DNA of 24,000 nucleotides from an uncultured Planctomycetota bacterium (GCA_963709355.1 CAVPVY010000005.1:715996-739995); one strand, 5' to 3'; positions 9,275-17,334 are shown, counted from the first letter of the stretch. Translations and numbers: made by a program. Notes: generated by a model not told the origin, from the letters alone.

Positions 9275-9299
9275 CCACTTCTCACCACTTTGTACCACT
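9275..9299 (-). promoter_or_regulatory. Three phased direct repeats AGTGG(T/G), a candidate MraZ operator
   Basis: The minus strand reads tAGTGGtacaaAGTGGtgagaAGTGGggataacaaaATG. The CCACT cores on the plus strand lie at 9275-9279, 9285-9289 and 9295-9299, an exact 10-bp phasing, immediately upstream of the mraZ start. Confidence 0.55.
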
Positions 9300-9309
9300 A
9301 ATGACTAAG

Positions 9310-9337
9310 ACAATAAACCTTTTTATAGATTTGTCAA
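9310..9337 (-). promoter_or_regulatory. Candidate sigma70-type promoter of the dcw cluster (Pmra-like)
   Basis: On the minus strand: TTGACA (9337-9332), 16-nt spacer, TATTGT (9315-9310). It lies just upstream of the triple repeat. Confidence 0.35.
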
Positions 9338-9646
9338 GCGTTATTTTTCTGTTTTCGGTATGTAATTTATGCGGTTTAATTAGGTATTCAAAGAGTTGTA
9401 CTTTTTATTTTATTCACTACTATATATGGTGTCTTTTTTAACTTAGAGACTTTAAAAAAAATTTAAAAATAATTTGTTTAGAATTTCTTCTAATGTGTTT
9501 CTTGTTTATACAAAGCAGAAATGATGGGGAAATATTCTTTTTAAAGTTTAGCATAAGCGTTTGAAATGTTTTGTAAAATATATAAATGGAAAAGATGTTT
9601 TAACGTGTAAGTTTAATTTATTTGGTATAAATCTATGGAATTTAAT

Positions 9647-10684
9647 ATGAAGTTATCTGATTACGATTACGATCTTCCTAAAGAATTAATTGCCCAGCAG
9701 CCAGAAAAAAATCGTGGAGAGTCCCGTATGATGGTATTAAACAAGAACACTGGCAGGTTAGAGCATTGCAGATTCAATGAGATAACGAAATATCTTTCTA
9801 AGGGGGATTTATTGGTATTGAATAATACAAAAGTAATTCCAGCACGTTTAATGGGGAATAGGAGTAATGGCGCATCTGTCGAGTTGTTACTAGTTGAGGA
9901 ATTAGGAGAAAATCACTGGAAGGCTTTGGTGGGTTCAAATGGCAGATTGGTTGCAGGCGAGGAGATTTGTATTGAGAATACTATTACTAAACTGAAATTG
10001 ATTAATAGAGCGGAGGACGGATTATGGTTAGTTGCGTTCTACAGGAAAGATAAAGTAAGAGAGCTCTTATGGCAAGTAGGTAGAATGCCATTACCTCCAT
10101 ATATAAAGCGTAATAAAGACAATACATTGTCCTCTTTTGATCGCGAGCGTTATCAGACGATATTCGCTAAAAAGGAAGGGGCGATAGCGGCTCCAACAGC
10201 GGGCTTACATTTTACTGAAGATATTATTAAAAAACTAAGAAATGGGGGTGTTGAAATAGAGTTTGTTACCCTTCACGTTGGCATTGGTACTTTTTTGCCA
10301 ATTAAAACTGGAAATATTTTAGAACATCATATGCATAAAGAATATTATGAATATCATATAGATCTAATACTTAAAATAGAGAAAGCAAGAGAATTAAACA
10401 AACGTGTAATTGCTGTGGGAAGTACCACATGTCGTGTGCTTGAAACCGTTGCGATGAAGGGTAATACTCCATTTTATTCTGGCTGGACAGATTTGTTTAT
10501 TTATCCACCATATAATTTCAAGTATGTTGATGTTCTGATTACTAACTTTCATCTTCCTAGGACTACCCTTCTGTTGCTTGTTTCTGCTTTTGCTGGTAGA
10601 GAAAATATACTAAAAGCGTATGCAGTTGCTAGAGATAAAGGCTATCGTTTTTTTAGTTACGGTGATTGTATAATAATACTTTAG
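9647..10684 (+). CDS. queA: S-adenosylmethionine:tRNA ribosyltransferase-isomerase QueA
   Basis: Motifs LSDYDYDLPKELIAQQP, PLPPYI, AAPTAGLHFT, VTLHVGIGTF, AVGSTTCRVLE, ITNFHLPRTTLLLLVSAF, RFFSYGD. Start placed at ATG 9647 (MKLSDYDY...) by N-terminal similarity to other QueA proteins. The ORF-track start at 9635 is an alternative. Confidence 0.92.
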   Translation: MKLSDYDYDLPKELIAQQPEKNRGESRMMVLNKNTGRLEHCRFNEITKYLSKGDLLVLNNTKVIPARLMGNRSNGASVELLLVEELGENHWKALVGSNGRLVAGEEICIENTITKLKLINRAEDGLWLVAFYRKDKVRELLWQVGRMPLPPYIKRNKDNTLSSFDRERYQTIFAKKEGAIAAPTAGLHFTEDIIKKLRNGGVEIEFVTLHVGIGTFLPIKTGNILEHHMHKEYYEYHIDLILKIEKARELNKRVIAVGSTTCRVLETVAMKGNTPFYSGWTDLFIYPPYNFKYVDVLITNFHLPRTTLLLLVSAFAGRENILKAYAVARDKGYRFFSYGDCIIIL

Positions 10685-10701
10685 GGAATGACTTATTAAA
10701 C

Positions 10702-10730
10702 ACAGAATTATGGTGATTCTGTATTTGTTA
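10702..10730 (+). terminator. Weak candidate terminator after queA
   Basis: ACAGAAT (10702-10708) pairs with ATTCTGT (10716-10722) around a 7-nt loop, followed by ATTTGTTA. The stem is short and AT-rich. Confidence 0.3.
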
Positions 10731-10824
10731 TTAAGCGGATTGATTGCAATGTGTAGGCTGAATCTATAACATTTCCTAACTTGAAAACGCAAAGATCCTC
10801 TTGTTAATACTTCCTTTTCTTAAA

Positions 10825-10840
10825 TCTTATTCTAGTGTTT
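10825..10840. repeat. Left copy of the 16-bp target-site duplication TCTTATTCTAGTGTTT
   Basis: Identical to 11906-11921 and directly abuts the IS left terminus (TGT at 10841). Confidence 0.8.
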
Positions 10841-11905
10841 TGTAAAGTATATAGACATGGGTAACAGTTTATGTAATATGATATGCCTATCCCTATGGGA
10901 TAGGCGACTTACTAAATTTTTTTATGGAGATGTTACCCATGCCCAAGTATTATTACGATCAACTTATTCGAAAAAGGTTAGCGTGGATGCTCATGTATAA
11001 AAAGATTAATAACGTCTCAAAGGTATGCCTGTATTTTGGCATATCTCGTAAATGTTTCTATAAATGGCTTAAACGTTACGAAGACTCAGGAGGTGACCCT
11101 GCAAGCCTCATTGATCGCTCAAAACGTCCCAGACGCTCCCCTATGCTTACCCATAAATATATTCAGTCTATCATAATAAGACTTCGTAAAACCACTTCCT
11201 TCGGCCCCGACCGTATACGGCTGTTCTTATTGAAGGACTATAATATCTCGCTTCCAAGGTCCACCATATACGCCACTTTAAAACGCAACGGCCTCATTGA
11301 GAAACCCAAGAAGATGCACAGAAAACCTAAGTGTTATCAGATGCCCTCTCCAGGATACCTACAGGTAGATATAAAGCTGCTGGGCGGCTACAGACCCGGG
11401 AGCTTTGTTCAGTACTCCGCTCAGGACGACTCTACCAGGATCAAATTCACCAAACTTTACCAGGAACGCTCTACATCTAACTCCCTGGACTTCTTGCAAT
11501 ATATATTCAGACGCTTTCCTTTCAAGATCAGGCACATCAGGACCGACAACGACGCCGTCTTTACCAATGCTTACACCGGTGAACCCAAAACCCATCCCTT
11601 ACGGCAGCCCAAGACACATCCTTTTACCCTGTCGTGCATGGGGTTGGGTATAAAACACAAGCTCAATAGGCCTTCTTGTCCAGAGCAAAACGGCAAGGTA
11701 GAAAGGTCTCATAGAACCGATGGAGAAGAGTTTTTCCGTTTACAAAAAACTCGGAATCTTGACCTCCTTGTAAAAGAACGTAAAAAATACGATGAATTCT
11801 TTAACAACAAAAGACCACACATGGGGCTTCAGGGGTGGACTCCACTGCAAAAATTACAAACTTTTCCTAATTACAAAAGTGTTACCTATGTCTATAGCTA
11901 ATACA
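10841..11905 (+). mobile_element. Complete IS481-family insertion sequence (1065 bp)
   Basis: TGT...ACA termini with imperfect terminal inverted repeats of about 37 bp. Left end is TGTAAAGTATATAGACATGGGTAACAGTTTATGTAAT; the reverse complement of the right end is TGTATTAGCTATAGACATAGGTAACACTTTTGTAAT. There is a single DDE transposase ORF whose stop lies inside the right repeat, and the element is flanked by a perfect 16-bp direct repeat. Confidence 0.85.
10924..11901 (+). CDS. IS481-family DDE transposase (HTH plus integrase-core domain)
   Basis: 325 aa with an N-terminal HTH region (VSKVCLYFGISRKCFYKWLKRY). Catalytic triad candidates are D in LQVDIKLL, D in IRTDNDAVF, and E in PEQNGKVERSHRT. 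The NGKVERxxRT signature is typical of IS481/IS3-like integrase-core transposases. Confidence 0.88.
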   Translation: MEMLPMPKYYYDQLIRKRLAWMLMYKKINNVSKVCLYFGISRKCFYKWLKRYEDSGGDPASLIDRSKRPRRSPMLTHKYIQSIIIRLRKTTSFGPDRIRLFLLKDYNISLPRSTIYATLKRNGLIEKPKKMHRKPKCYQMPSPGYLQVDIKLLGGYRPGSFVQYSAQDDSTRIKFTKLYQERSTSNSLDFLQYIFRRFPFKIRHIRTDNDAVFTNAYTGEPKTHPLRQPKTHPFTLSCMGLGIKHKLNRPSCPEQNGKVERSHRTDGEEFFRLQKTRNLDLLVKERKKYDEFFNNKRPHMGLQGWTPLQKLQTFPNYKSVTYVYS

Positions 11906-11921
11906 TCTTATTCTAGTGTTT
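11906..11921. repeat. Right copy of the 16-bp target-site duplication TCTTATTCTAGTGTTT
   Basis: Identical to 10825-10840 and directly abuts the IS right terminus (ACA ending at 11905). Confidence 0.8.
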
Positions 11922-11925
11922 TTTG

Positions 11926-11953
11926 TTGCTTATTTTTCTTGGTTTACTATAAT
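11926..11953 (+). promoter_or_regulatory. Candidate sigma70-type promoter of pckA
   Basis: TTGCTT (11926-11931), 16-nt spacer, consensus TATAAT (11948-11953), about 70 nt upstream of the pckA ATG. Confidence 0.4.
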
Positions 11954-12025
11954 AAGTTAATTTTATATTCAAACAGAAATAAATTGTCTTATGAATTAGT
12001 CGTTTGTTAAAGAGGGAAATTGCAA

Positions 12026-13681
12026 ATGTCATCAACAACACCATCAACTATGAAAGAATTTGAAGCGGTAAAACGGATTGTAAGTTACCTCAGCGGTTCT
12101 CAAAATGTTATAAATTCTACTGATTGGACAATACGTCGAAGTGCGGAAAGATTTGCGTCGTTCACAAAATATGGAAATGTAGCGGTTCATTCAACTGTAA
12201 AGAATCGCAGCGCAAAGATAACCGTCTATGTTGGAAGTGATGCCGTTCGTTTGAAAACGCATAATCCGCAACAGGCAGAGATAATGACTAACCTCCCTAA
12301 AACACTTTTACAAGTTGAGGAATATGTGAAGAGAGCACCATTTGTTCGAATTGCCAGAACAATGGGTAACAATAATGAGTTTTCTCCGCATTGCACAATT
12401 TTTGTTTCGATACAAAGACCCGAGATGATCAGGCTTGCTTATATGACGTGGGCAACCCTGTTTACAGCAAATAATAATAGTGAACCTAAGCAGAATATTG
12501 TTTACGTCCCTGAATGGCAAGAGACAGATCGTCAGATTCTGGTTTTCCCTGAAATTAGCACAACTGTTGTCTTGGGCAGTGATTATTACGGTGAGTCGAA
12601 GAAGGGGTTTCTGAGAATGGCTATGTGGAATGCAAAACAAAAGGGAATGCTCGGTTTACATGCAGGATCAAAAATTTTGAAGGTAAAAGGAACCGATGGA
12701 CGTATAAGAAAATATGGGATGCTTATTTTTGGTATGAGTGGTACAGGGAAGACAACCCATACCTGTCATACACATGGCTTGGGAGAAGAAGGAGAGGGCA
12801 TTGAGATATTACAGGACGATGTTGTCTTCTTAAAGAAGGATGGTTCTGCTTATGGTTCTGAGCGTGGGTTCTATCTGAAGACAGAAGGGCTTGATTCTGT
12901 TACCCAACCGATTATATACAAAGCGGCAACATCACGCGATGCAATCTTTGAAAATGTTATGATTGATTATGAAGGGAACCTGTATTTTGAGGACGATACC
13001 TTAACCAGCAATGGTCGCGGTATTATGATGAGAGAAGACCTGAGTCCATATATTTCAAACAATATTAATTTACCATCTGTTGAGAGTATGGACGGGCTGA
13101 TAATTGCCTTTATTACGCGTCGCCATACAGTCGTGCCTCTTGCTGCCAAACTTACACCTGAACAGGCGGCTGCGGTGTTTATGTTGGGAGAATCTATTGA
13201 GACTTCTGCAGGAGACCCAAAACGTGCAGGAGAGTCTATCAGAGAGGTAGGTACGAATCCATTTATTGTAGGTGATAAATCGTATGAGGGTAACTGGTTT
13301 TATGATTTTGTAAAGAGACACGAAGGTAAGGTCCATTGTTATCAGTTGAATACCGGTGGCGTCGGGGAAATTATAGAAAAACAACCTGATGGTTCAAAGG
13401 TATTCAAGCGTAAGGTACTTAGAGTGGAGATACCAGAGATGGCAGCTATTATACGCGGTATTGCACGTGGTACAAACAAATGGAGTAAAGATAAATATTG
13501 GAATCTGGAAATACCAGCATCTGTGCAGGGTGTGGATTTGTCTAAATATGATGTGGAAAAATTTTATGATGTGGATGACGTTGTAAAACAGGTATCTGAT
13601 TTGAGGTCTGAACGTGTAAAATATATAGAGAGTTTTAGTGCGCTTGATGAAGCAATTATTAATGCAGTCAGAAATATGTAA
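12026..13681 (+). CDS. pckA: Phosphoenolpyruvate carboxykinase (ATP-dependent type), divergent
   Basis: Motifs GSDYYGESKKG (cf. the GTxYAGEMKK region), the kinase-1a P-loop FGMSGTGKTT, and LQDDVVFL...RGFYLKTEGL. Also RDAIFENV...FEDDTLTSNGRG, collinear with ATP-PEPCK. Start placed at ATG 12026, 9 nt after AGAGGG; the ORF-track TTG at 12020 is an alternative. Confidence 0.85.
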   Translation: MSSTTPSTMKEFEAVKRIVSYLSGSQNVINSTDWTIRRSAERFASFTKYGNVAVHSTVKNRSAKITVYVGSDAVRLKTHNPQQAEIMTNLPKTLLQVEEYVKRAPFVRIARTMGNNNEFSPHCTIFVSIQRPEMIRLAYMTWATLFTANNNSEPKQNIVYVPEWQETDRQILVFPEISTTVVLGSDYYGESKKGFLRMAMWNAKQKGMLGLHAGSKILKVKGTDGRIRKYGMLIFGMSGTGKTTHTCHTHGLGEEGEGIEILQDDVVFLKKDGSAYGSERGFYLKTEGLDSVTQPIIYKAATSRDAIFENVMIDYEGNLYFEDDTLTSNGRGIMMREDLSPYISNNINLPSVESMDGLIIAFITRRHTVVPLAAKLTPEQAAAVFMLGESIETSAGDPKRAGESIREVGTNPFIVGDKSYEGNWFYDFVKRHEGKVHCYQLNTGGVGEIIEKQPDGSKVFKRKVLRVEIPEMAAIIRGIARGTNKWSKDKYWNLEIPASVQGVDLSKYDVEKFYDVDDVVKQVSDLRSERVKYIESFSALDEAIINAVRNM

Positions 13682-13949
13682 TTTTTTCAAATCCTGAATT
13701 TTTTTGTTTGAACTTGAATGGATATCTTTCAAAGAAATATTTCTTTTTAATAAAGTGTTTGTATTTACTTAAACAATTCTCTGACCATAAAGATTTTATC
13801 ATTAATTAAATGCTAAAAATTAAATTTTTTTTACTAGATCATATTATTAAAGTTGACGCTAACTTTTATATTATATGTTATGCTAACTTTTTTAGCTGTC
13901 TGAAATTATACATAATTGAATGCAATGATTTAAATATTACCAAAATTGC

Positions 13950-13977
13950 TTGACATTTAAATTTTTTTTGTTAAAAT
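13950..13977 (+). promoter_or_regulatory. Candidate sigma70-type promoter with extended -10, upstream of the Rrf2 gene
   Basis: Consensus TTGACA (13950-13955), 16-nt spacer ending in TGT, then TAAAAT (13972-13977). It lies 45 nt upstream of the ATG at 14022. Confidence 0.45.
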
Positions 13978-14021
13978 CCCTACCAAGTCTATCAACTTTG
14001 TTATAAACAAATATAAGAATT

Positions 14022-14480
14022 ATGAAGTTATCCAAAAAAAGCGATTATGCCATTCGTGCAATGATTTTCTTATCATTGAACTATAACAAGGGCGCTGTTC
14101 AAATAAAGGAGATTTCGACAAAGGAAAGGATACCTCAGAAATTTTTGGAAAATATACTTCTTACATTAAGGAAAGTCGGGGTATTAAATAGTAAGATGGG
14201 ACTTAAGGGGGGTTACGAATTGGCTAGACCTCCTGATTTGATAACATTAGGCGAGGTGATTCGTGCGCTTGACGGTGCGATTGCGCCGGTGGATTGTGTC
14301 AGTAAGATTTCTTATAAACCATGTTCTGAGGAAGTTACATGCGTTATACGCGATGTGATGATGGATGTGAGAAATGCGATAACAGGGGTGTTGGACACTA
14401 TGACTTTTGCTGATATGTGTAAACGCGTAGTGGAATCGCTAGGAAAAAAAAGTAATGAGGTTTTAACATATTCAATATAA
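14022..14480 (+). CDS. Rrf2-family transcriptional regulator (IscR/NsrR/CymR-like)
   Basis: 152 aa with the typical Rrf2 N-terminus MKLSKKSDYAIRAMIFLS and wing region GGYELARPPDLITLGEVIRALDG. Three Cys are spaced C-x8-C-x5-C (VDCVSKISYKPCSEEVTCV), where Fe-S ligands sit in cluster-binding Rrf2 proteins. Confidence 0.88.
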   Translation: MKLSKKSDYAIRAMIFLSLNYNKGAVQIKEISTKERIPQKFLENILLTLRKVGVLNSKMGLKGGYELARPPDLITLGEVIRALDGAIAPVDCVSKISYKPCSEEVTCVIRDVMMDVRNAITGVLDTMTFADMCKRVVESLGKKSNEVLTYSI

Positions 14481-14496
14481 AATTTTTCGCTAAATG

Positions 14497-14513
14497 TCTA
14501 CCATTATGGTAGA
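14497..14513. promoter_or_regulatory. 17-bp perfect palindrome TCTACCAT-T-ATGGTAGA, a candidate operator
   Basis: Read directly. It lies in the 62-bp gap between the Rrf2 stop (14480) and the binding-protein start (14543). Confidence 0.4.
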
Positions 14514-14542
14514 ACATGTGGGTTTGTATTTTACAATAAAAA

Positions 14543-15604
14543 GTGAGATTAATGATTTTAAAATACTGGATTGTTCTGTGTAGTTTGTTCTTTTTAATTA
14601 TTAGTGGTACCGCGTGCTATAGGCGGGCTAATGAAGATACTATTCGAGTAGGTTATTTCCCGAATATTAGCCACGCACAGGCTGTTATTGGGCTGAACGG
14701 CGGTACCTTTGAGAAATACATTGGACCTGAGGTCAAAATAAAGGCGACCCTTTTTAATGCAGGACCTTCTATTATGGAGGCGTTGTTTTCTGAGGATATA
14801 GATATTGCGTACATTGGTCCTAGCCCTGCCATAAATGGCTATGTGCGCTCTGGCGGCAAGGCGTTAAAGGTAATTTCAGGTGTATCGAGTGGGGGATCGT
14901 TATTTATAGTAAGACCGGATTCCAACATAAAAAAGCCCATAGATATTTCCGGAAAAAGAATCGCATCACCACAACTTGGGAACACACAGGATATCGCCCT
15001 TCGTGGGTATATTAAAGACTGTGGTTTAAAGCCAACAGAAAGGGGTGGGACTGTTAATATCCTTCCCCTGCGAAATCCCGATATTTTAAATCTTTTTATG
15101 CAGAAACAAATAGATGGGGCATGGGTGCCAGAACCGTGGGCGACAAGACTTCTTAAGGAAGCAGGTGGAGAGGTTTTTCTTGATGAAAGAACCTTATGGG
15201 ATGGCGGTAGGTTTTGTTCAACGCTAATGATTGTAGGTACAAATTTTTTAAAAAAACATCCCGATAGGGTCAAAAAATGGCTGACGGCTCATGTTGAAAT
15301 GACCCGGTGGATTAATCAATATCCTGAAGAAGCAAAGGCTGTCATTGGTGACCAGATAAAGGCTATTTCTGGTATATCTCTTCCAAAGGATATTGTTGAC
15401 GAAGCCTTCTCTCGATTGGAGATTACCTACGATCCGATCGTCTCATCACTGTTTTCTTATGCAGAGATGGCGTATAACGCTGGTTTTTTGGGAGAACAGA
15501 AGCCTGATTTATCGGGAATGGTAGACTTGAGGCTGCTCAACAGGATACTCAAAGAGAGGGCGTTGCCACGAGTGAACAAACGAGGAAAACTAAAAATAAG
15601 ATAA
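14543..15604 (+). CDS. ABC transporter periplasmic substrate-binding protein, NitT/TauT (SsuA/TauA/NMT1-like) family
   Basis: 353 aa with an N-terminal signal-like helix ending in Cys (LFFLIISGTAC), possibly a lipoprotein. IRVGYFPNISHAQAVIG and DIAYIGPSPAING are typical of sulfonate/nitrate/taurine-type binding proteins. It is followed by the cognate ATPase and permease. Alternative start at ATG 14552. The substrate cannot be assigned from sequence. Confidence 0.8.
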   Translation: MRLMILKYWIVLCSLFFLIISGTACYRRANEDTIRVGYFPNISHAQAVIGLNGGTFEKYIGPEVKIKATLFNAGPSIMEALFSEDIDIAYIGPSPAINGYVRSGGKALKVISGVSSGGSLFIVRPDSNIKKPIDISGKRIASPQLGNTQDIALRGYIKDCGLKPTERGGTVNILPLRNPDILNLFMQKQIDGAWVPEPWATRLLKEAGGEVFLDERTLWDGGRFCSTLMIVGTNFLKKHPDRVKKWLTAHVEMTRWINQYPEEAKAVIGDQIKAISGISLPKDIVDEAFSRLEITYDPIVSSLFSYAEMAYNAGFLGEQKPDLSGMVDLRLLNRILKERALPRVNKRGKLKIR

Positions 15605-15625
15605 GGCTGATTGGAGGTAGTGAAG

Positions 15626-16570
15626 ATGTCGGAAAGCGCAGGAATTGAAAATCTCGTAGATATAGATCATGTTAAAGTAGATAATGAACAGCAGGAATCT
15701 CATAAAGTGAATGGGGTGTGGCCAAAACTGCGCGTTCAACACATATCTAAAGCATTTCAATCAACAAACGGAAAAGTATATGTGCTTGAAGATATAAACC
15801 TTGAGATACAACAGGGAGAATTTGTATGTATTGTTGGACCTTCCGGGTGTGGGAAGACCACTCTTTTAAACATTGTTGCGGGATTTGAAAAGGCTGATTC
15901 AGGAGAGGTTTGGGCTAATGATCATAGAGTTACTGGTGCCTGGACGGATCGGGGTGTTATATTCCAGGAAGCAGCCCTTTTCCCATGGCTTAATGTGATC
16001 AAAAATGTTGAATTTGGTTTAAAATTAAAAGGTTTAAATAGCAGGGAGAGACGAAATATCGCCCTTGAGTATCTTAAGATGGTCCATTTAACAAAATTTC
16101 AGAATGCCCACGTGCACGAACTATCCGGCGGGATGAAGCAGCGTGTAGCCATAGCTAGGGCACTTGCAATGAATCCAGAGATGCTCCTGATGGATGAACC
16201 GTTTTCCGCACTGGATGCACAGACACGGTGGATACTCCATTATGAGTTACAGAATATCTGGCTAAAAACCAGGAAGACAATCTTATTTGTTACTCATAAT
16301 ATCCGTGAGGCTGTATGTTTGGCAGATCGCGTAATAATTCTTTCTACTACCCCGGGAAGGATCAAGAAAGAGTTTTTCGTTGATTTACCAAGACCCCGTG
16401 ATGATAACGATGTGAATGTGGCAGAATATTCCACGAGGATTATGAAGGAACTAAAGATTGAACTTGATAAGATTGTAAAGTGTGAAATGGATGCAGATTC
16501 ATGTGCAGAATGTGATATAAAGTGTACAACAGAGGTGCCTGCTAAGACAGATATTGGGGGAGGAATTTGA
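15626..16570 (+). CDS. ABC transporter ATP-binding protein (NitT/TauT family) with a Cys-rich C-terminal tail
   Basis: Walker A GPSGCGKTT, signature LSGGMKQRVAIARAL, Walker B LLMDEPFSALD. Start placed at ATG 15626, 8 nt after GGAGG (15613-15617); the ORF-track TTG at 15611 is less likely. Confidence 0.9.
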   Translation: MSESAGIENLVDIDHVKVDNEQQESHKVNGVWPKLRVQHISKAFQSTNGKVYVLEDINLEIQQGEFVCIVGPSGCGKTTLLNIVAGFEKADSGEVWANDHRVTGAWTDRGVIFQEAALFPWLNVIKNVEFGLKLKGLNSRERRNIALEYLKMVHLTKFQNAHVHELSGGMKQRVAIARALAMNPEMLLMDEPFSALDAQTRWILHYELQNIWLKTRKTILFVTHNIREAVCLADRVIILSTTPGRIKKEFFVDLPRPRDDNDVNVAEYSTRIMKELKIELDKIVKCEMDADSCAECDIKCTTEVPAKTDIGGGI

Positions 16571-16573
16571 GAG

Positions 16574-17332
16574 ATGTACAGTATACTCAAAAGGGTGATA
16601 TTCTTTATCCTTCTTATAGGGTTCTGGGAATTGTTGTTTCGATGTGGGATATGGCCGGAATATGTCCTTCCTTCTACGGTTTCAGTATATAAAACACTGA
16701 TTCGTGGATTTCAGGACCATAGCTTTCTCATCGGAATAGCGATAAGTATGAAAAGAATTGCCATTGGTTATGGAATTTCCATCGGTGTAGGTGTTTTTTT
16801 AGGGTTGCTTATTGGAAGATTTAAGATTTTTGAAGAAACGCTCGGTTCTTTAATTTCTGGATTACAGACATTGCCGACCATTTGTTGGCTGCCGCTTGCC
16901 TTGCTTTGGTTTGGTTTGAACGATACTACGATAATATTTTTGGTTTTTATGGGTGCTGTGTTTTCTATCACTGTCGCAACGGATGCGGGAGTTAAAAGTG
17001 TTCCGCAACTTTATATTCGTGCTGCAAGCACCATGGGAGCAAGACGGTGGAAGTTGTACCTTGAGGTCATCATACCATCTGCGCTTCCTTATATTATAAC
17101 AGGTATGAAGCAGGGTTGGTCTTTTGCGTGGCGCTCTCTGATGGCGGGGGAATTGTTAATTGTATGCCTGGGATTAGGACATCTTATGATGATTGGGCGG
17201 GAGCTAAATGACATGAGTCAGGTAATTGCTGTAATGATAGTGATTATTATAATCGGTATCCTTGTGGATAGATTATTTTTTGTAAAGGTGGAAAGACGTA
17301 TACGTGAACGTTGGGGTTTAGTAAAGGCTTAG
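16574..17332 (+). CDS. ABC transporter permease (NitT/TauT family, SsuC/TauC-like)
   Basis: 252-aa polytopic membrane protein with an EAA-loop-like region (AASTMGARRWKLYLEVIIPSALPYIITGMKQGWSFAWRSLMAGE). It starts 3 nt after the ATPase stop. Confidence 0.88.
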   Translation: MYSILKRVIFFILLIGFWELLFRCGIWPEYVLPSTVSVYKTLIRGFQDHSFLIGIAISMKRIAIGYGISIGVGVFLGLLIGRFKIFEETLGSLISGLQTLPTICWLPLALLWFGLNDTTIIFLVFMGAVFSITVATDAGVKSVPQLYIRAASTMGARRWKLYLEVIIPSALPYIITGMKQGWSFAWRSLMAGELLIVCLGLGHLMMIGRELNDMSQVIAVMIVIIIIGILVDRLFFVKVERRIRERWGLVKA

Positions 17333-17334
17333 AG

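Noticed and set aside
2380-9441. Antisense or overlapping ORFs inside dcw genes (e.g. 2380..2676+, 2925..3134+, 4309..4494+, 4879..5073+, 5836..6231+, 7857..8072+, 8166..8402+, 8647..8970+, 9241..9441+)
   Set aside because: Each is fully covered by a strongly supported minus-strand gene. They show AT-rich shadow-frame composition (Ile/Phe/Ser/Leu-rich) and have no RBS or family motifs.
11581-11625. Imperfect tandem duplication encoding PKTHP twice within the transposase
   Set aside because: It is a short, in-frame, degenerate repeat in a loop between the second Asp and the Glu of the DDE triad. It is probably a trivial slippage event and not a separate feature.
11359-11653. ORFs 11359..11595(-) and 11405..11653(+) inside the IS
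   Set aside because: They are alternative frames of the GC-richer transposase gene with no independent support.
12308-13732. Minus-strand ORFs inside or overlapping pckA (12308..12640, 12967..13149, 13070..13384, 13394..13732) and plus-strand 13389..13586
   Set aside because: They overlap the well-supported PEPCK frame and have no motifs or RBS.
13731-13746. AT-only palindrome AAAGAAATATTTCTTT after pckA as a terminator
   Set aside because: The stem has no G:C pairs, and such palindromes are expected by chance in this very AT-rich spacer. It is too weak to call.
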